Origin: an uncultured Nitrososphaerota archaeon
GTDB taxonomy: Archaea; Asgardarchaeota; Njordarchaeia; Njordarchaeales; Panguiarchaeaceae
Direction of reading: 5' to 3'
DNA length: 42,887 bases
Assembly (NCBI GenBank): GCA_964636085.1
Contig: CAZWPQ010000007.1
Coordinates: 1 to 42,887, forward strand
Of the stretch, positions 27,621 to 37,507 are shown piece by piece. Position 1 is the stretch's first letter, and every line of letters begins with the position of its first letter. Made by a program: the position numbers and the translations under genes. The notes under the pieces were generated by a model. The model saw nothing but the letters and a program-made list of their open reading frames with translations, made no database searches and was not told the origin of the DNA.

Positions 27621-28559
27621 TCATTGCGAATCATTATTCTCCATGTTCTCTTGTTCCTGTGTAGTTTCTTCCCCTATAGCCTCCTCTTTTTCAATAGCCT
27701 CGGCCTCTTCTTTTAGGGTTTCCTCCAGTGGGGCCTCTTCCTTTGGAAGGTATTCTTTATACATCTCGAGAAACTCCTCAGCGTTGATTGCTACACTTCT
27801 ATATGTGTCCTCGAAATCGCTCAATACATCATTTAGCATGTCTGAGCTCTTATAGAGTAGGAGTATGGAGGCCATAATGCCAGCTAGGCCCACAGATCCA
27901 AATACTAGCGATAAAGCAATAAATGCGAGAAAAATTCCATCGGTGAAATTTCCTGTATAGTTTATTGATTCCCTTATGAAGTATGCTATAACCGCAATAT
28001 TGCCTACTCCAAGGATGCCCCTAAATAGTGATCTCAATATGGTGCCCGGCAAGTATATGGTTCCATTTTTCTTGTCTATTATCCTTACCCTGCTACTGTT
28101 TATAACCCAGTATGGAACCGCTAGGGGAGAGAAGATCGTTCCTACTATCACGGCCAAGAATCCTATTAATAGTATCTCGGGTATACCGGGGGATCCAGTA
28201 TTCTGCCCATGCATGCTTGCAAGCTTATCAAGAACGAATCTCAATGTAAGTAATCCCACTCCAAGGCCAATCCAAGTAATCCTCATAGCCACATTGATTA
28301 CACCAGAAAAGCCCTTATGCTCCATCCTGTACTTCGCGTCGAATAAAACACACTCCCTCGCCCCAGTCTTTTTGGCCATTATAAATAGCTTAAAATCGAG
28401 ACCAAGCATTTTTTGACAAACACTTGAACCAATCATCCTAATCAATATAAACATCACAAGACCAAAGGCAAATCCGAAAATTGCGGCTATTCCAGCTGTA
28501 GCTATACATGCCCCCACCACGGCAATAATAAACATTATGGATAATATATCTATACCCAT
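27621..28559 (-). CDS. Multi-pass membrane protein with a Glu-rich C-terminal tail
   Basis: About 5-6 hydrophobic helices and an acidic tail; no family recognised. Confidence 0.75.
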   Translation of the reverse strand: MGIDILSIMFIIAVVGACIATAGIAAIFGFAFGLVMFILIRMIGSSVCQKMLGLDFKLFIMAKKTGARECVLFDAKYRMEHKGFSGVINVAMRITWIGLGVGLLTLRFVLDKLASMHGQNTGSPGIPEILLIGFLAVIVGTIFSPLAVPYWVINSSRVRIIDKKNGTIYLPGTILRSLFRGILGVGNIAVIAYFIRESINYTGNFTDGIFLAFIALSLVFGSVGLAGIMASILLLYKSSDMLNDVLSDFEDTYRSVAINAEEFLEMYKEYLPKEEAPLEETLKEEAEAIEKEEAIGEETTQEQENMENNDSQ

Positions 28560-28563
28560 TTTA

Positions 28564-29355
28564 TCACTCCTCTAGTCTTTTTATTACAATATCTGCGACT
28601 TTCCTTCCCGATAGCAACATAGAGCTAAATATTGGTCCCATTCGTGGGCCACCATATGTAGCATTGACCGCCATACCAGTAACATAGAGGCCTGGGAATA
28701 CTTCGCCGGTCTTCTCTACCGTGAATTTTTCTCCCTCTGAAGCATTCATAGATTTCTCCCCAGGAACCTTTAAGTTTGATTCTGGGATCTTTCTCGCCAC
28801 TATATTCACTACCTCCGCCTCATGACCAGTCGCATCAATAACAGCCCTAGATCTCAATCCTATAGGATCCACATGAAGTTGCGCTAGGGGGATTGCTGAC
28901 CATATCGCCACTACCCCCTCTATCCTAAGCGGATTTGTCCTATATATTACATCCTCTACATGGACACCAAACAAGATTTTGGCTCCTGCATTAATAGCCG
29001 CGTTAAGCAATTTAGCGATAAGTTCCGCAGTATCAAGCACATATATGCCTTCTTTAACTTCCTTGTATTTGGCCCCGATGTCGTCTAAAATCTCATTGGC
29101 TGGTCTAGCAACAACAATTTTGTGAAACAGATTGCCTCCTCCACCAATCCCTCCACCAGGAGAGATTCTCCTCTCAAGAACCAGTGTTCTGGCCCCCGTC
29201 TGTGCAATATAGTATGCAGCAGTTAGTCCTGATGGTCCCCCACCAACGATTATTACGTCACTATCTACAAATGACATCCACTCCTTGACAGACTCACCGA
29301 TTATAATTCTTGTGATTTCCTCTTCATTTACCTCTTTTATCATTCTAATCCCCAA
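28564..29355 (-). CDS. thi4: Sulfide-dependent adenosine diphosphate thiazole synthase
   Basis: IVGGGPSGL, GGGIGGGG, LHVDP (His at the position of the yeast sulfur-donor Cys), DATGH, PRMGPIF. Confidence 0.95.
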   Translation of the reverse strand: MGIRMIKEVNEEEITRIIIGESVKEWMSFVDSDVIIVGGGPSGLTAAYYIAQTGARTLVLERRISPGGGIGGGGNLFHKIVVARPANEILDDIGAKYKEVKEGIYVLDTAELIAKLLNAAINAGAKILFGVHVEDVIYRTNPLRIEGVVAIWSAIPLAQLHVDPIGLRSRAVIDATGHEAEVVNIVARKIPESNLKVPGEKSMNASEGEKFTVEKTGEVFPGLYVTGMAVNATYGGPRMGPIFSSMLLSGRKVADIVIKRLEE

Positions 29356-29424
29356 TAAGTTTAGGTTTTGTATAGTAATAAATAGAAAGAATATACAATC
29401 AAAAAATCCTGACTTTGTAGAGTG

Positions 29425-29691
29425 CTATAGTCTACCCATTCTCGTGACTTCCGCGCTGATACCCTCAATACTATTTAGGAGTGACTCTATCTCATCGACG
29501 AGTCCTTCTTTCTCGGGAATAACAACCCTAATCTCAAGTTTATTTAGGCCGAATACATAGGGCTCTATCTTATGCGCTACCATACGAGCATACGATGGAA
29601 GTTTTTCCTTTACCGTTTCGATAATTTCCTCTAGGTTAACATTATCACTATCTGGGACTATCTCTATGACCAAGACATTTTCAGCCATCAT
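29425..29691 (-). CDS. ef1b: Archaeal elongation factor 1-beta
   Basis: VLVIEIVPDSDNVNLEEI, EPYVFGLNKL, DEIESLLNSIEGI; 88 aa. Confidence 0.93.
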   Translation of the reverse strand: MMAENVLVIEIVPDSDNVNLEEIIETVKEKLPSYARMVAHKIEPYVFGLNKLEIRVVIPEKEGLVDEIESLLNSIEGISAEVTRMGRL

Positions 29692-29731
29692 CCATCACCA
29701 TTATTAGGACCCAAAAATCCTATTTTTATGG

Positions 29732-30253
29732 CTACCATACTTCCTCCTCTTTTTCTTCCTCATTCTTGCCTGCTTCTAGATATTTATGCAGGGCCTTTAG
29801 GAATCCAGTAAAGAGGCTACCAATAATCACGATTATTATCCACATTCCGAGGTCTATACCGACGTGGACAACTTGATCAGCCATTAGTACCTCCATCTTT
29901 CTGACACCATTTGCCCAGACCCATTCATAGTATGCTATTACTGAGTATTTTAGCATTGTTAAAAGAGCATCCAGTTTTCCTCTAAATGAATAGGATAATG
30001 CTGTCAATATCATCGCCGCCAAGCCAAGCATAAAGATAATGCCTATATCAAGCATGAATAACCGTACCTTTAGCTCCACATCGCTGATCGTTATCCCATT
30101 TTCGAGAGCCTTTAATGTGGAGAGCGGTATTATAACCATACTTATGAATGTCCAAATTGTCATTATTATTCCCGTTAATGTTCTTTTTACAGGCATAGAA
30201 GACCGCCCTAGACTACATATGAGAAGTCCATGCCAATAAGTTCCATCCCCCAC
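29732..30253 (-). CDS. Small multi-pass membrane protein with an acidic tail
   Basis: About 4 hydrophobic segments; the start is probably the internal ATG (MPVKR). Confidence 0.7.
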   Translation of the reverse strand: MGDGTYWHGLLICSLGRSSMPVKRTLTGIIMTIWTFISMVIIPLSTLKALENGITISDVELKVRLFMLDIGIIFMLGLAAMILTALSYSFRGKLDALLTMLKYSVIAYYEWVWANGVRKMEVLMADQVVHVGIDLGMWIIIVIIGSLFTGFLKALHKYLEAGKNEEEKEEEVW

Positions 30254-30609
30254 TTTAGTTGGTATACTCTTATATCAACGATTCCATGATCTACTTTTGT
30301 CGTATTTACCCATATAACCAGCATAACTGATTTAGATTCTCCTGGCTTAAGTACCTTTGATCCAATCCCAGACGCCAGAGTATGGTTATACTTATCATAG
30401 AGACGAACCTCAATTGTAAAATTTAGATCAAAGAAAAAACCCTTGTATACTATGGCAACATCAACAACAACAGAATCAGAATACGTGGTTACATGCGGTT
30501 CCCACTCAATACCAGCAAGATTATAGAACATGACAGTACCAATGAGCGTTGTTATCATCCAAACAATATAGGAGCAAATTTTTAAGAATCTGATTATGGC
30601 ATAGCCCAT
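30208..30609 (-). CDS. Membrane-anchored beta-sandwich protein
   Basis: N-terminal TM followed by a beta-rich domain (LKPGESKSV), resembling LEA_2/Ig-like folds. Confidence 0.65.
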   Translation of the reverse strand: MGYAIIRFLKICSYIVWMITTLIGTVMFYNLAGIEWEPHVTTYSDSVVVDVAIVYKGFFFDLNFTIEVRLYDKYNHTLASGIGSKVLKPGESKSVMLVIWVNTTKVDHGIVDIRVYQLKWGMELIGMDFSYVV

Positions 30610-30658
30610 TTTTAATCACAGTCTCTTATCCCTAAAATATATTTTATAAAAGCAAAAG

Positions 30659-31573
30659 CTATCCCGTCTGTATAATATTTAATATATCGACCCCTGGCGG
30701 TAACATATATGATTTTACATCCTCCTCCGTAAAGTCCAACACAATATTGCCATCGTTGGTCACTACCTGGCAATATACGGGTAAATCTCCCAGCACATCA
30801 ATACAAAGATTGAATACTATTTCATAGAATAGCTCAATGTTATGTATGCCTAATCTTATCCTTTGTTTCTCGCCGAGCACATTTTCCAGTTTTTTAATAT
30901 CCGCATTCTCTATTAGATACTCGAGTAGAGCCACAAAATTGCTAAAGAATAATGATCTAATTCCATTACCATTTTTGGCTAGGAACATAACATCTAGGGG
31001 GCTAATGTTACTGACCCTCAATATCTTTAGGACCTTAATGCTTGATAATACACTACTCATTATCCTCTCAAAACCTAGGTATGGCTCTACGGGATAATAT
31101 AGGGGTTTTACCCCCTCCTTCACATCAATCTCGAATATAGATACCCCCATTATATTTTCCTGTTGCACGACCATTGAGGCTATCTGGAAAAGCCAGAATA
31201 TCCCACTTTTAGCGAGTGCCTCCTTAAATCTCATCGCGAAGTGCCCCGTATCGAATTGCAGTTCATCAATCTCTCTGTCCAGTAGACTGCCTATCTCACG
31301 CATTATCCTTCTAGAGACCCTATCTATAAGTGCTATTTCATTCCTATCTGTGAAAACTAAAGAAAGTATATACTCCTTGTATCTTAGAAACATAATATTA
31401 TCCCTTTCAAGACCTATGAGCAATATATTCTGATCAAAATTGGCCTTTGAAAATTGTTGTATCGCAGAAAAGAAGCTTGAAAACAAACTTACTGTTTCTT
31501 CCTCTTTAGGCCACATGTAAACTGGTATACCACTCTCGTGAAAGATCAAAATCTTTGTAATCAAAAGTCCCAC
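30659..31573 (-). CDS. Longin-domain protein, probably with tandem longin/roadblock-like domains
   Basis: ILIFHESGIPVY...LFSSFFSAIQQFSK...ILLIGLE..IMFL..YILSLV is a typical Asgard longin pattern. A second module begins at IMGVSIFEIDVKEGVKPLYYP. Confidence 0.72.
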   Translation of the reverse strand: MGLLITKILIFHESGIPVYMWPKEEETVSLFSSFFSAIQQFSKANFDQNILLIGLERDNIMFLRYKEYILSLVFTDRNEIALIDRVSRRIMREIGSLLDREIDELQFDTGHFAMRFKEALAKSGIFWLFQIASMVVQQENIMGVSIFEIDVKEGVKPLYYPVEPYLGFERIMSSVLSSIKVLKILRVSNISPLDVMFLAKNGNGIRSLFFSNFVALLEYLIENADIKKLENVLGEKQRIRLGIHNIELFYEIVFNLCIDVLGDLPVYCQVVTNDGNIVLDFTEEDVKSYMLPPGVDILNIIQTG

Positions 31574-31770
31574 CTTGACTTTAACAATATTTAATAGCCA
31601 ATATAAAAAAATTTGTTTTCTGTGTTTTTGGTTTGTTTTATTAGGATTAAGTACGTGTTTAAGAAGTTGATAACAATAAAGTCTTGTATCGATATTATAT
31701 ACTAGATTTATTTAGGGGGAAATAATTTTAAATAATGTAGTTCCATAGGGGGACAATTTTTAGGTTACAG

Positions 31771-33072
31771 GTGATCGCTACGGAGATTAGGGAATATTTA
31801 GTAACGAAAAAAAGAGATATTGAAACTTTGGACGTAAAGCCTAGACTCACCAGGGTAGTGCCAAATAGAAATTTTATTATATCTATTATTGGCCCTAGGA
31901 GGTCAGGGAAGACATATTTTCTGTATCATATAATTAGGAACATGCAACTTCGCGAGGAAGATTTTTTGTTTGTTGACTTTGAGGAGCCTATCGGGATTGG
32001 TGATCCCCTGAGGTTACCATATATTCACCAAGAACTTTATGGCATACATCCCAAATATATGTTTCTGGATGAGATACAGGCACTAGAAAATTGGGTTAAG
32101 GTAGTATATTCATTTCATGCCAAGAAGAGGTATTATATCTTTATAACTGGTTCATCATCGAAACTCTTAGCCAAGGAGATTGCCACACAATTAAGAGGAC
32201 GATCAATACCCATTTATATATATCCATTCTCACTGGCTGAGACACTATCAGTAAAGGACATTGAGATTAGATATCCCCTAGACCTATATACGGTAAGCAC
32301 AATTAAGCATTTGATGTATACCCATATGGACATTGGGTTCTTCCCCGATATTGTACTGGGCAACATAACGCCATCGATCTTCTTTAGGGAATACCTAGAT
32401 CTAGTGATATACAAGGACATAATTGAGAGATATGGCATAAGGAATAGATATGCCTTAGAATTCCTAATAAAGTCCGCCCTATCCTCCAACACAAAAGATT
32501 TCTCCATCAGGAAGATCTATAACACTCTAAAGTCAGGGGGGGTAAAGATAAGCAAGAAAACACTATACAACTTCCAAAGGATCTTAGAGGACATAAAAAT
32601 GTTCTTCTTTCTAAGGAAATTCGACAAAAGCCTCCGTAGAATAGAATTGAGTACACCCAAAGTCTACGCAATAGACACAGGACTTGCCACATATTATTCC
32701 ATGGAAAAAAGCAAATCAAGACAAATGGAGCACCTAGTATTACTAGAATTGATAAAGACAGGATTAGAACCCAACGAAGATATCTTCTACTGGAAGGACC
32801 CGCAAAAAAACGAGATAGACTTCGTCATCGTTAAAAATGATATAGTTTCGCAACTTATACAGGTCACGTATGCATCAGCAAAAGACGAAATAATGCAAAG
32901 GGAAATAAAAGCACTAATCAAAGCGAGCACAAAACTTAACTGCAAAAACCTCACAATAATCACATGGGATTATGAGGACAAAATAAAAGCCGACAGAAAA
33001 ACGATAGATGTTACGCCGCTCTGGAAATGGTTTTTAACGCACACAAATGTACACATACGGCAGCCCCCTTAA
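31771..33072 (+). CDS. AAA_14 ATPase with DUF4143 / PD-(D/E)XK C-terminal domain
   Basis: GPRRSGKT, FLDEIQ, ITGSSS, LRGR, PKVYAIDTG, EIDFV..LIQV. Confidence 0.93.
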   Translation: MIATEIREYLVTKKRDIETLDVKPRLTRVVPNRNFIISIIGPRRSGKTYFLYHIIRNMQLREEDFLFVDFEEPIGIGDPLRLPYIHQELYGIHPKYMFLDEIQALENWVKVVYSFHAKKRYYIFITGSSSKLLAKEIATQLRGRSIPIYIYPFSLAETLSVKDIEIRYPLDLYTVSTIKHLMYTHMDIGFFPDIVLGNITPSIFFREYLDLVIYKDIIERYGIRNRYALEFLIKSALSSNTKDFSIRKIYNTLKSGGVKISKKTLYNFQRILEDIKMFFFLRKFDKSLRRIELSTPKVYAIDTGLATYYSMEKSKSRQMEHLVLLELIKTGLEPNEDIFYWKDPQKNEIDFVIVKNDIVSQLIQVTYASAKDEIMQREIKALIKASTKLNCKNLTIITWDYEDKIKADRKTIDVTPLWKWFLTHTNVHIRQPP

Positions 33073-35627
33073 AAAAACGCAAATGAGGCTTTTGTTTTTC
33101 CAATATCTATTCTAATAGTCATTATTTCGTTTGGCCCTATTTTGAATTTGGCCACATTTTTGGTTAATTTTATCTTTTCTATTGGTTCTTCTAGGGCATT
33201 ACATAGCCATGCATTCGACATGGTTATTTTGTCGGATAATATTTTTAATGATTGGGCTCTATCGAGTGGATTCCACACCCTTATTATCAGACCACTTTTG
33301 TCCTCGGATAGTTTTACATAAGAGACTACGGTGTCGGGCTCTATTTTGATTATTTGGGCATTGTAAATATCTAGACTTGATGCCGAGACTATCGGTTCAA
33401 AGATTTGCTCCATCCACATTTTTATGGGGTCTAATATATTGTCCTTTGTTGTTTTTAGTGCAATTACAAACTTATGCTCGCCAATATCCATGTGGTTTTT
33501 CGATACGAACTTATTTATTTTTGCCATTAGACGCATTATTGTTTTTGCAAAACCTGTCTCTAGGAACTCTGGTCTTGTGGCCCACCTTGGCAATAGTGAA
33601 AGGAGGTGTATTCCCATCTCTGATGGATATGTTGGCGACCTTAGTAATGATATTTCTATAATACCTCCATTTTTTGAGAATCCAAATCTAGAAATTGTAG
33701 AGATAGCAACACCAAAATCCTTAATTTCCACGCTTACCCATCCCGTAGATGGGACTTCATATTTTGCTCTTTCATATCTGGATGCTCTAGGCGATGTATA
33801 ATCTACCCGCAATACCTTCCCGTATGGAGCCCCATATATTGCTCTATCCACATCAGTATTCAGGGGGATCACAAGCTTTGCCATTCGATGTGTACATCTC
33901 CAATCTGCATGGATCTCTATCTTTATAACGTCTGTGTCATCAATGATGTATCTAACATTAAACCTTGTAACTTCGCCCTCCCTCTGCCAATATTCGAATG
34001 TTGATTCAATTTTTACTAGGAGGGATGAGTCCTCCAAAATAGCCAGATTCTTCGCATTGATCAGGTCTATATATGCTGTCTTATTATCATGTATATAAAT
34101 TTCCCATGCATCGAACACGTGGGCATAAACCCCAGCAAAGTTTCTCCTTTTCATGCACGGCTCATCCTTATATATTCGGATAAATATGGGGCCCGAAAGA
34201 ATGTTCTGTCCTCTTTTTTTGTCATATATCTGAGTAATCAGGCCCTTTTTCCCATCAATATCAACCCTATAGTATCTGTTCTCAACCACTATATTGTCTC
34301 CATTTCGAGTCAAGGATACATCACCATCAAATACTATATCTTCCATTTCTATGAATTTCAGGCCAAATCCAGGAATCTTAGTAATCTTGCAGTATTTGTG
34401 TCCTAGATGTTCAATTTGTTTCCTAGGGAGTACCTTCCTTAGATCCAAGACTAAGTCTCTCTCCCAACATAGGCTATTTATGACCAGCAAACCCTTGTCT
34501 TCCAATTCTTTCTTAAGCTTTCTTGACAGTAACCCTAATATTGACTTCTCTAGTTCTCTCGCTAATTTTAAACATCTAGTCAATTCGTTCTCCGCTTCGG
34601 CACCAGCATCCTTGCTGATAGTACCAGATAAAACATCATGACACTGATTCGTCAACAAAATTCTCCAAAGTGGAGCCATATCTACTTTTATTTGTTCACC
34701 AGTCAATATCCTAGCGAGAACCTGCAGGAACTCCAGTCTTATTAGCATAGTCTCTGTGGTTCTGATCAGTTTCTTTATCTTGGGATATACCGTGTATACG
34801 CCCCTATGAAACTCTAAATATAGTTCATCATTCCAAGACGGGATATCTATTCTCCCCTCGGCAAGCAACTTTTTAACTTCATCGAAAAATTCTACGGCTA
34901 GACCCAACCTAAACATGTTCGGATCCCTATTTCTAGCATCCATAATTCTCTTTATCTCTGAATCGCTAGGGCCACCCCCGTGGTCACCCTTACCGTATAG
35001 GTACAGCATTATATTTATGTTTTTGTCTAGCTGGTTCTTAAGGTATTTCATTACCCTAGAAACATCAAATGGGTCATCATAGGAGCCGACTGTCTGATAT
35101 GCAATTATACTCGATCCATCATCAGACATCCACAGGAATATATTATAGGGGAATTTATTTGTATCATTCCAATTCAATTTACATGTTACAAAATAATCTA
35201 TTCCTACACTTTTAAGTATCTTTGGTAAGGATATTGGAAAACCAAAAGAGTCTGGAAACCAAGCCACCTTAACATCTACGCCGAATTTTTCATATAGATA
35301 TTTCTTTCCATATAGGAACTGCCTTATTATGGATTCTCCTAGGGGCATATTTGCATCAAACTCGACCCAAGACCCACCCACTATCTCCCATAGGCCATCC
35401 CTAACCAGTTTTTTTATTGTTTTAAATATCTCTGGATATTTCTTTTCCATCCAGTGGTAGTATAGCGCCGTGCTCTGTGCGTATGTTATGCCATATTTCA
35501 ATATTTGTTTTATTACCTTCTCGAATGTCCTGAGACATACAATTATTGTCTCCTTTTTTGGCCACAACCACGCAACATCGATATGACTATTGGACAATAG
35601 ATATATCCTACTATCCCCTAGCTTCAT
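33069..35627 (-). CDS. GH38 alpha-mannosidase, cytoplasmic
   Basis: SHIDVAWLW, WFPDSFG, YGKGDHGGG, ELYLEFHRG, NQCHDVLSG, ISLLRSP; no signal peptide. Confidence 0.95.
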   Translation of the reverse strand: MKLGDSRIYLLSNSHIDVAWLWPKKETIIVCLRTFEKVIKQILKYGITYAQSTALYYHWMEKKYPEIFKTIKKLVRDGLWEIVGGSWVEFDANMPLGESIIRQFLYGKKYLYEKFGVDVKVAWFPDSFGFPISLPKILKSVGIDYFVTCKLNWNDTNKFPYNIFLWMSDDGSSIIAYQTVGSYDDPFDVSRVMKYLKNQLDKNINIMLYLYGKGDHGGGPSDSEIKRIMDARNRDPNMFRLGLAVEFFDEVKKLLAEGRIDIPSWNDELYLEFHRGVYTVYPKIKKLIRTTETMLIRLEFLQVLARILTGEQIKVDMAPLWRILLTNQCHDVLSGTISKDAGAEAENELTRCLKLARELEKSILGLLSRKLKKELEDKGLLVINSLCWERDLVLDLRKVLPRKQIEHLGHKYCKITKIPGFGLKFIEMEDIVFDGDVSLTRNGDNIVVENRYYRVDIDGKKGLITQIYDKKRGQNILSGPIFIRIYKDEPCMKRRNFAGVYAHVFDAWEIYIHDNKTAYIDLINAKNLAILEDSSLLVKIESTFEYWQREGEVTRFNVRYIIDDTDVIKIEIHADWRCTHRMAKLVIPLNTDVDRAIYGAPYGKVLRVDYTSPRASRYERAKYEVPSTGWVSVEIKDFGVAISTISRFGFSKNGGIIEISLLRSPTYPSEMGIHLLSLLPRWATRPEFLETGFAKTIMRLMAKINKFVSKNHMDIGEHKFVIALKTTKDNILDPIKMWMEQIFEPIVSASSLDIYNAQIIKIEPDTVVSYVKLSEDKSGLIIRVWNPLDRAQSLKILSDKITMSNAWLCNALEEPIEKIKLTKNVAKFKIGPNEIMTIRIDIGKTKASFAFF

Positions 35628-35725
35628 ATTCTCCCTCAGAAATTATAATAATGGTTCATTATAAAGCGAGACTAACCATAATGATCCTAACAAACCCAAA
35701 AAATTTAGGGATAAAACCGACATTA

Positions 35726-37507
35726 TTATTCATTAGTGTTAGATTTTTTCTTCTGTTTTTTCTCCTTTCGTGCTTTTAACAAAATTACAATCGCAAAGAA
35801 TAACGCGGCGATAACCATGGAAAAAACGAACAGTAGTATATACAAAGTTGGTGGTTTTGGTGGGTAACTATTTGGGTCTAATGGATCTGTCCCTTTTTCC
35901 ACTTCCTCTCCATCCTTTACACCATCGCCATCTGTATCTGGATTAAACGGGTCTGTTCCATACATATATTCTTGAATATTGGATAGGCCATCATCATCAG
36001 AGTCATTCTCAGCGTCAGAGGGGTCTAATGGATTGAGACCATATATGTACTCCCAATTATCTGGTAGTTTGTCATTGTCTGTATCATTCGATGATTTATT
36101 CGTACCGATTAGCGACTCCGTTATGTCCGCCAAGAAATCCCCGTCGGCATCTAGGATATATTGATTCTTTGTTCGATGGAACTCATAGTCACCGCTAAAT
36201 GCTTCCCAGAAAACACGTTTTGCCTCTTTACCCGATGAAACCGCATATATAACTCCGTTTGTACATCCAAAAATTATTTCTGGTTTTCCATCGTTATTAA
36301 TGTCTGCCACTATAACGGAGGATTTCTCTATCATGCTCCCAGCATCAAACATATATGATATATCTCCATTAGTCCCATCCAAAACATAGAGTCTACCGTC
36401 AGTACTACCAAATACAACATCCAAAAATTTATCACCATCAATATCCGCCACCGTAGGGGATGATAACCAGTAGGAGAAATTCATATTAGGAGTGCACTCC
36501 CACAATGTCGATCCGTCCTCAGCATTTATCGCATAGACACTTCCATTGTTTGTACATAGAACAATTTCTGGCCTATTATCAAGATCTAGATCACATATAG
36601 CGGGGGTCGCCCATATCTGACCACCCGAGCTAAAATTCCAAAGTAATTTTCCATCAGCTCCGCGGAGGGCATATAGCATTCCGTTAAAGTCCCCCGCAAT
36701 AACTTCGAGACCCCGATCACTATCAACATCCACCAGACATGGAGAGGATACAACACAGCCACCGAGATGTAGCTGCCATAATAGGGATCCATCCCCCCCG
36801 TTTATGGCATAGACCCGCCCCATGTAGCTACAGGCTATTATCTCAATATTAGAATCATCATCAATGTCGCCAATGGCGACCGAAGATCTAACCCATGAGT
36901 CCACTTGATACTTCCATTCCAAGGATCCATTCTTGCTTATTACATATATATTTTTGTCTCTTTCACCGATTACTATCTCATAATCACCATCCATATCCAC
37001 ATCATAAATTACTGGACTAGAAAATTGTGGAACAGTTTTTTCGGTGGTGGATAGGCTTGTGTTGAATTCCCATTCTAAGCCACCATTCTCTCCATTTAGG
37101 ACATATATTATCCCTGCATCACAACTAAATACTACCTCTATCATGCCATCATTGTCTAAGTCTGCCAAGGAGGGAGATGACCTTATCTTGCCATCCGCAT
37201 GAAATCTCCATAAAACAGACCCACTTTTACCGTCTATAGCATATAGGGTATTGTTGTTATTTCCTACGAGTACTTCTGGTACCTTATCCCGATTTATATC
37301 GCCTAAAGCGGGAGAACACCAAATAGTATCCCCCGTTGTGATGCTCCATATTACTGCAAGCATGTCGGGAGAACTATTCAATTTAGATTTTCTTTCTACG
37401 CTGCGATAACTAACCACTTCTTTGGTTATGGAGAATATAGCGAACAGAATTATCATTATTATAAAAAATGCTTTTGATCTATATCTCATCTTGGATCCTG
37501 AAATCAT
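35726..37507 (-). CDS. Surface protein: FG-GAP/PQQ-like beta-propeller, TSP3-like Ca-binding repeats and a C-terminal TM
   Basis: Signal peptide; eight SSPxxxDxDxDxxxE repeats; DTDxDG..D..E...GTDP repeats; TM followed by a Lys-rich tail. Confidence 0.88.
   Translation of the reverse strand: MISGSKMRYRSKAFFIIMIILFAIFSITKEVVSYRSVERKSKLNSSPDMLAVIWSITTGDTIWCSPALGDINRDKVPEVLVGNNNNTLYAIDGKSGSVLWRFHADGKIRSSPSLADLDNDGMIEVVFSCDAGIIYVLNGENGGLEWEFNTSLSTTEKTVPQFSSPVIYDVDMDGDYEIVIGERDKNIYVISKNGSLEWKYQVDSWVRSSVAIGDIDDDSNIEIIACSYMGRVYAINGGDGSLLWQLHLGGCVVSSPCLVDVDSDRGLEVIAGDFNGMLYALRGADGKLLWNFSSGGQIWATPAICDLDLDNRPEIVLCTNNGSVYAINAEDGSTLWECTPNMNFSYWLSSPTVADIDGDKFLDVVFGSTDGRLYVLDGTNGDISYMFDAGSMIEKSSVIVADINNDGKPEIIFGCTNGVIYAVSSGKEAKRVFWEAFSGDYEFHRTKNQYILDADGDFLADITESLIGTNKSSNDTDNDKLPDNWEYIYGLNPLDPSDAENDSDDDGLSNIQEYMYGTDPFNPDTDGDGVKDGEEVEKGTDPLDPNSYPPKPPTLYILLFVFSMVIAALFFAIVILLKARKEKKQKKKSNTNE

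Noticed and set aside
28564-29355. Thi4 lacking the sulfur-donor Cys
   Set aside because: The His variant is the known sulfide-dependent form, not novel.
33069-33072. Convergent genes sharing TTAA stop codons
   Set aside because: Common in compact archaeal genomes.
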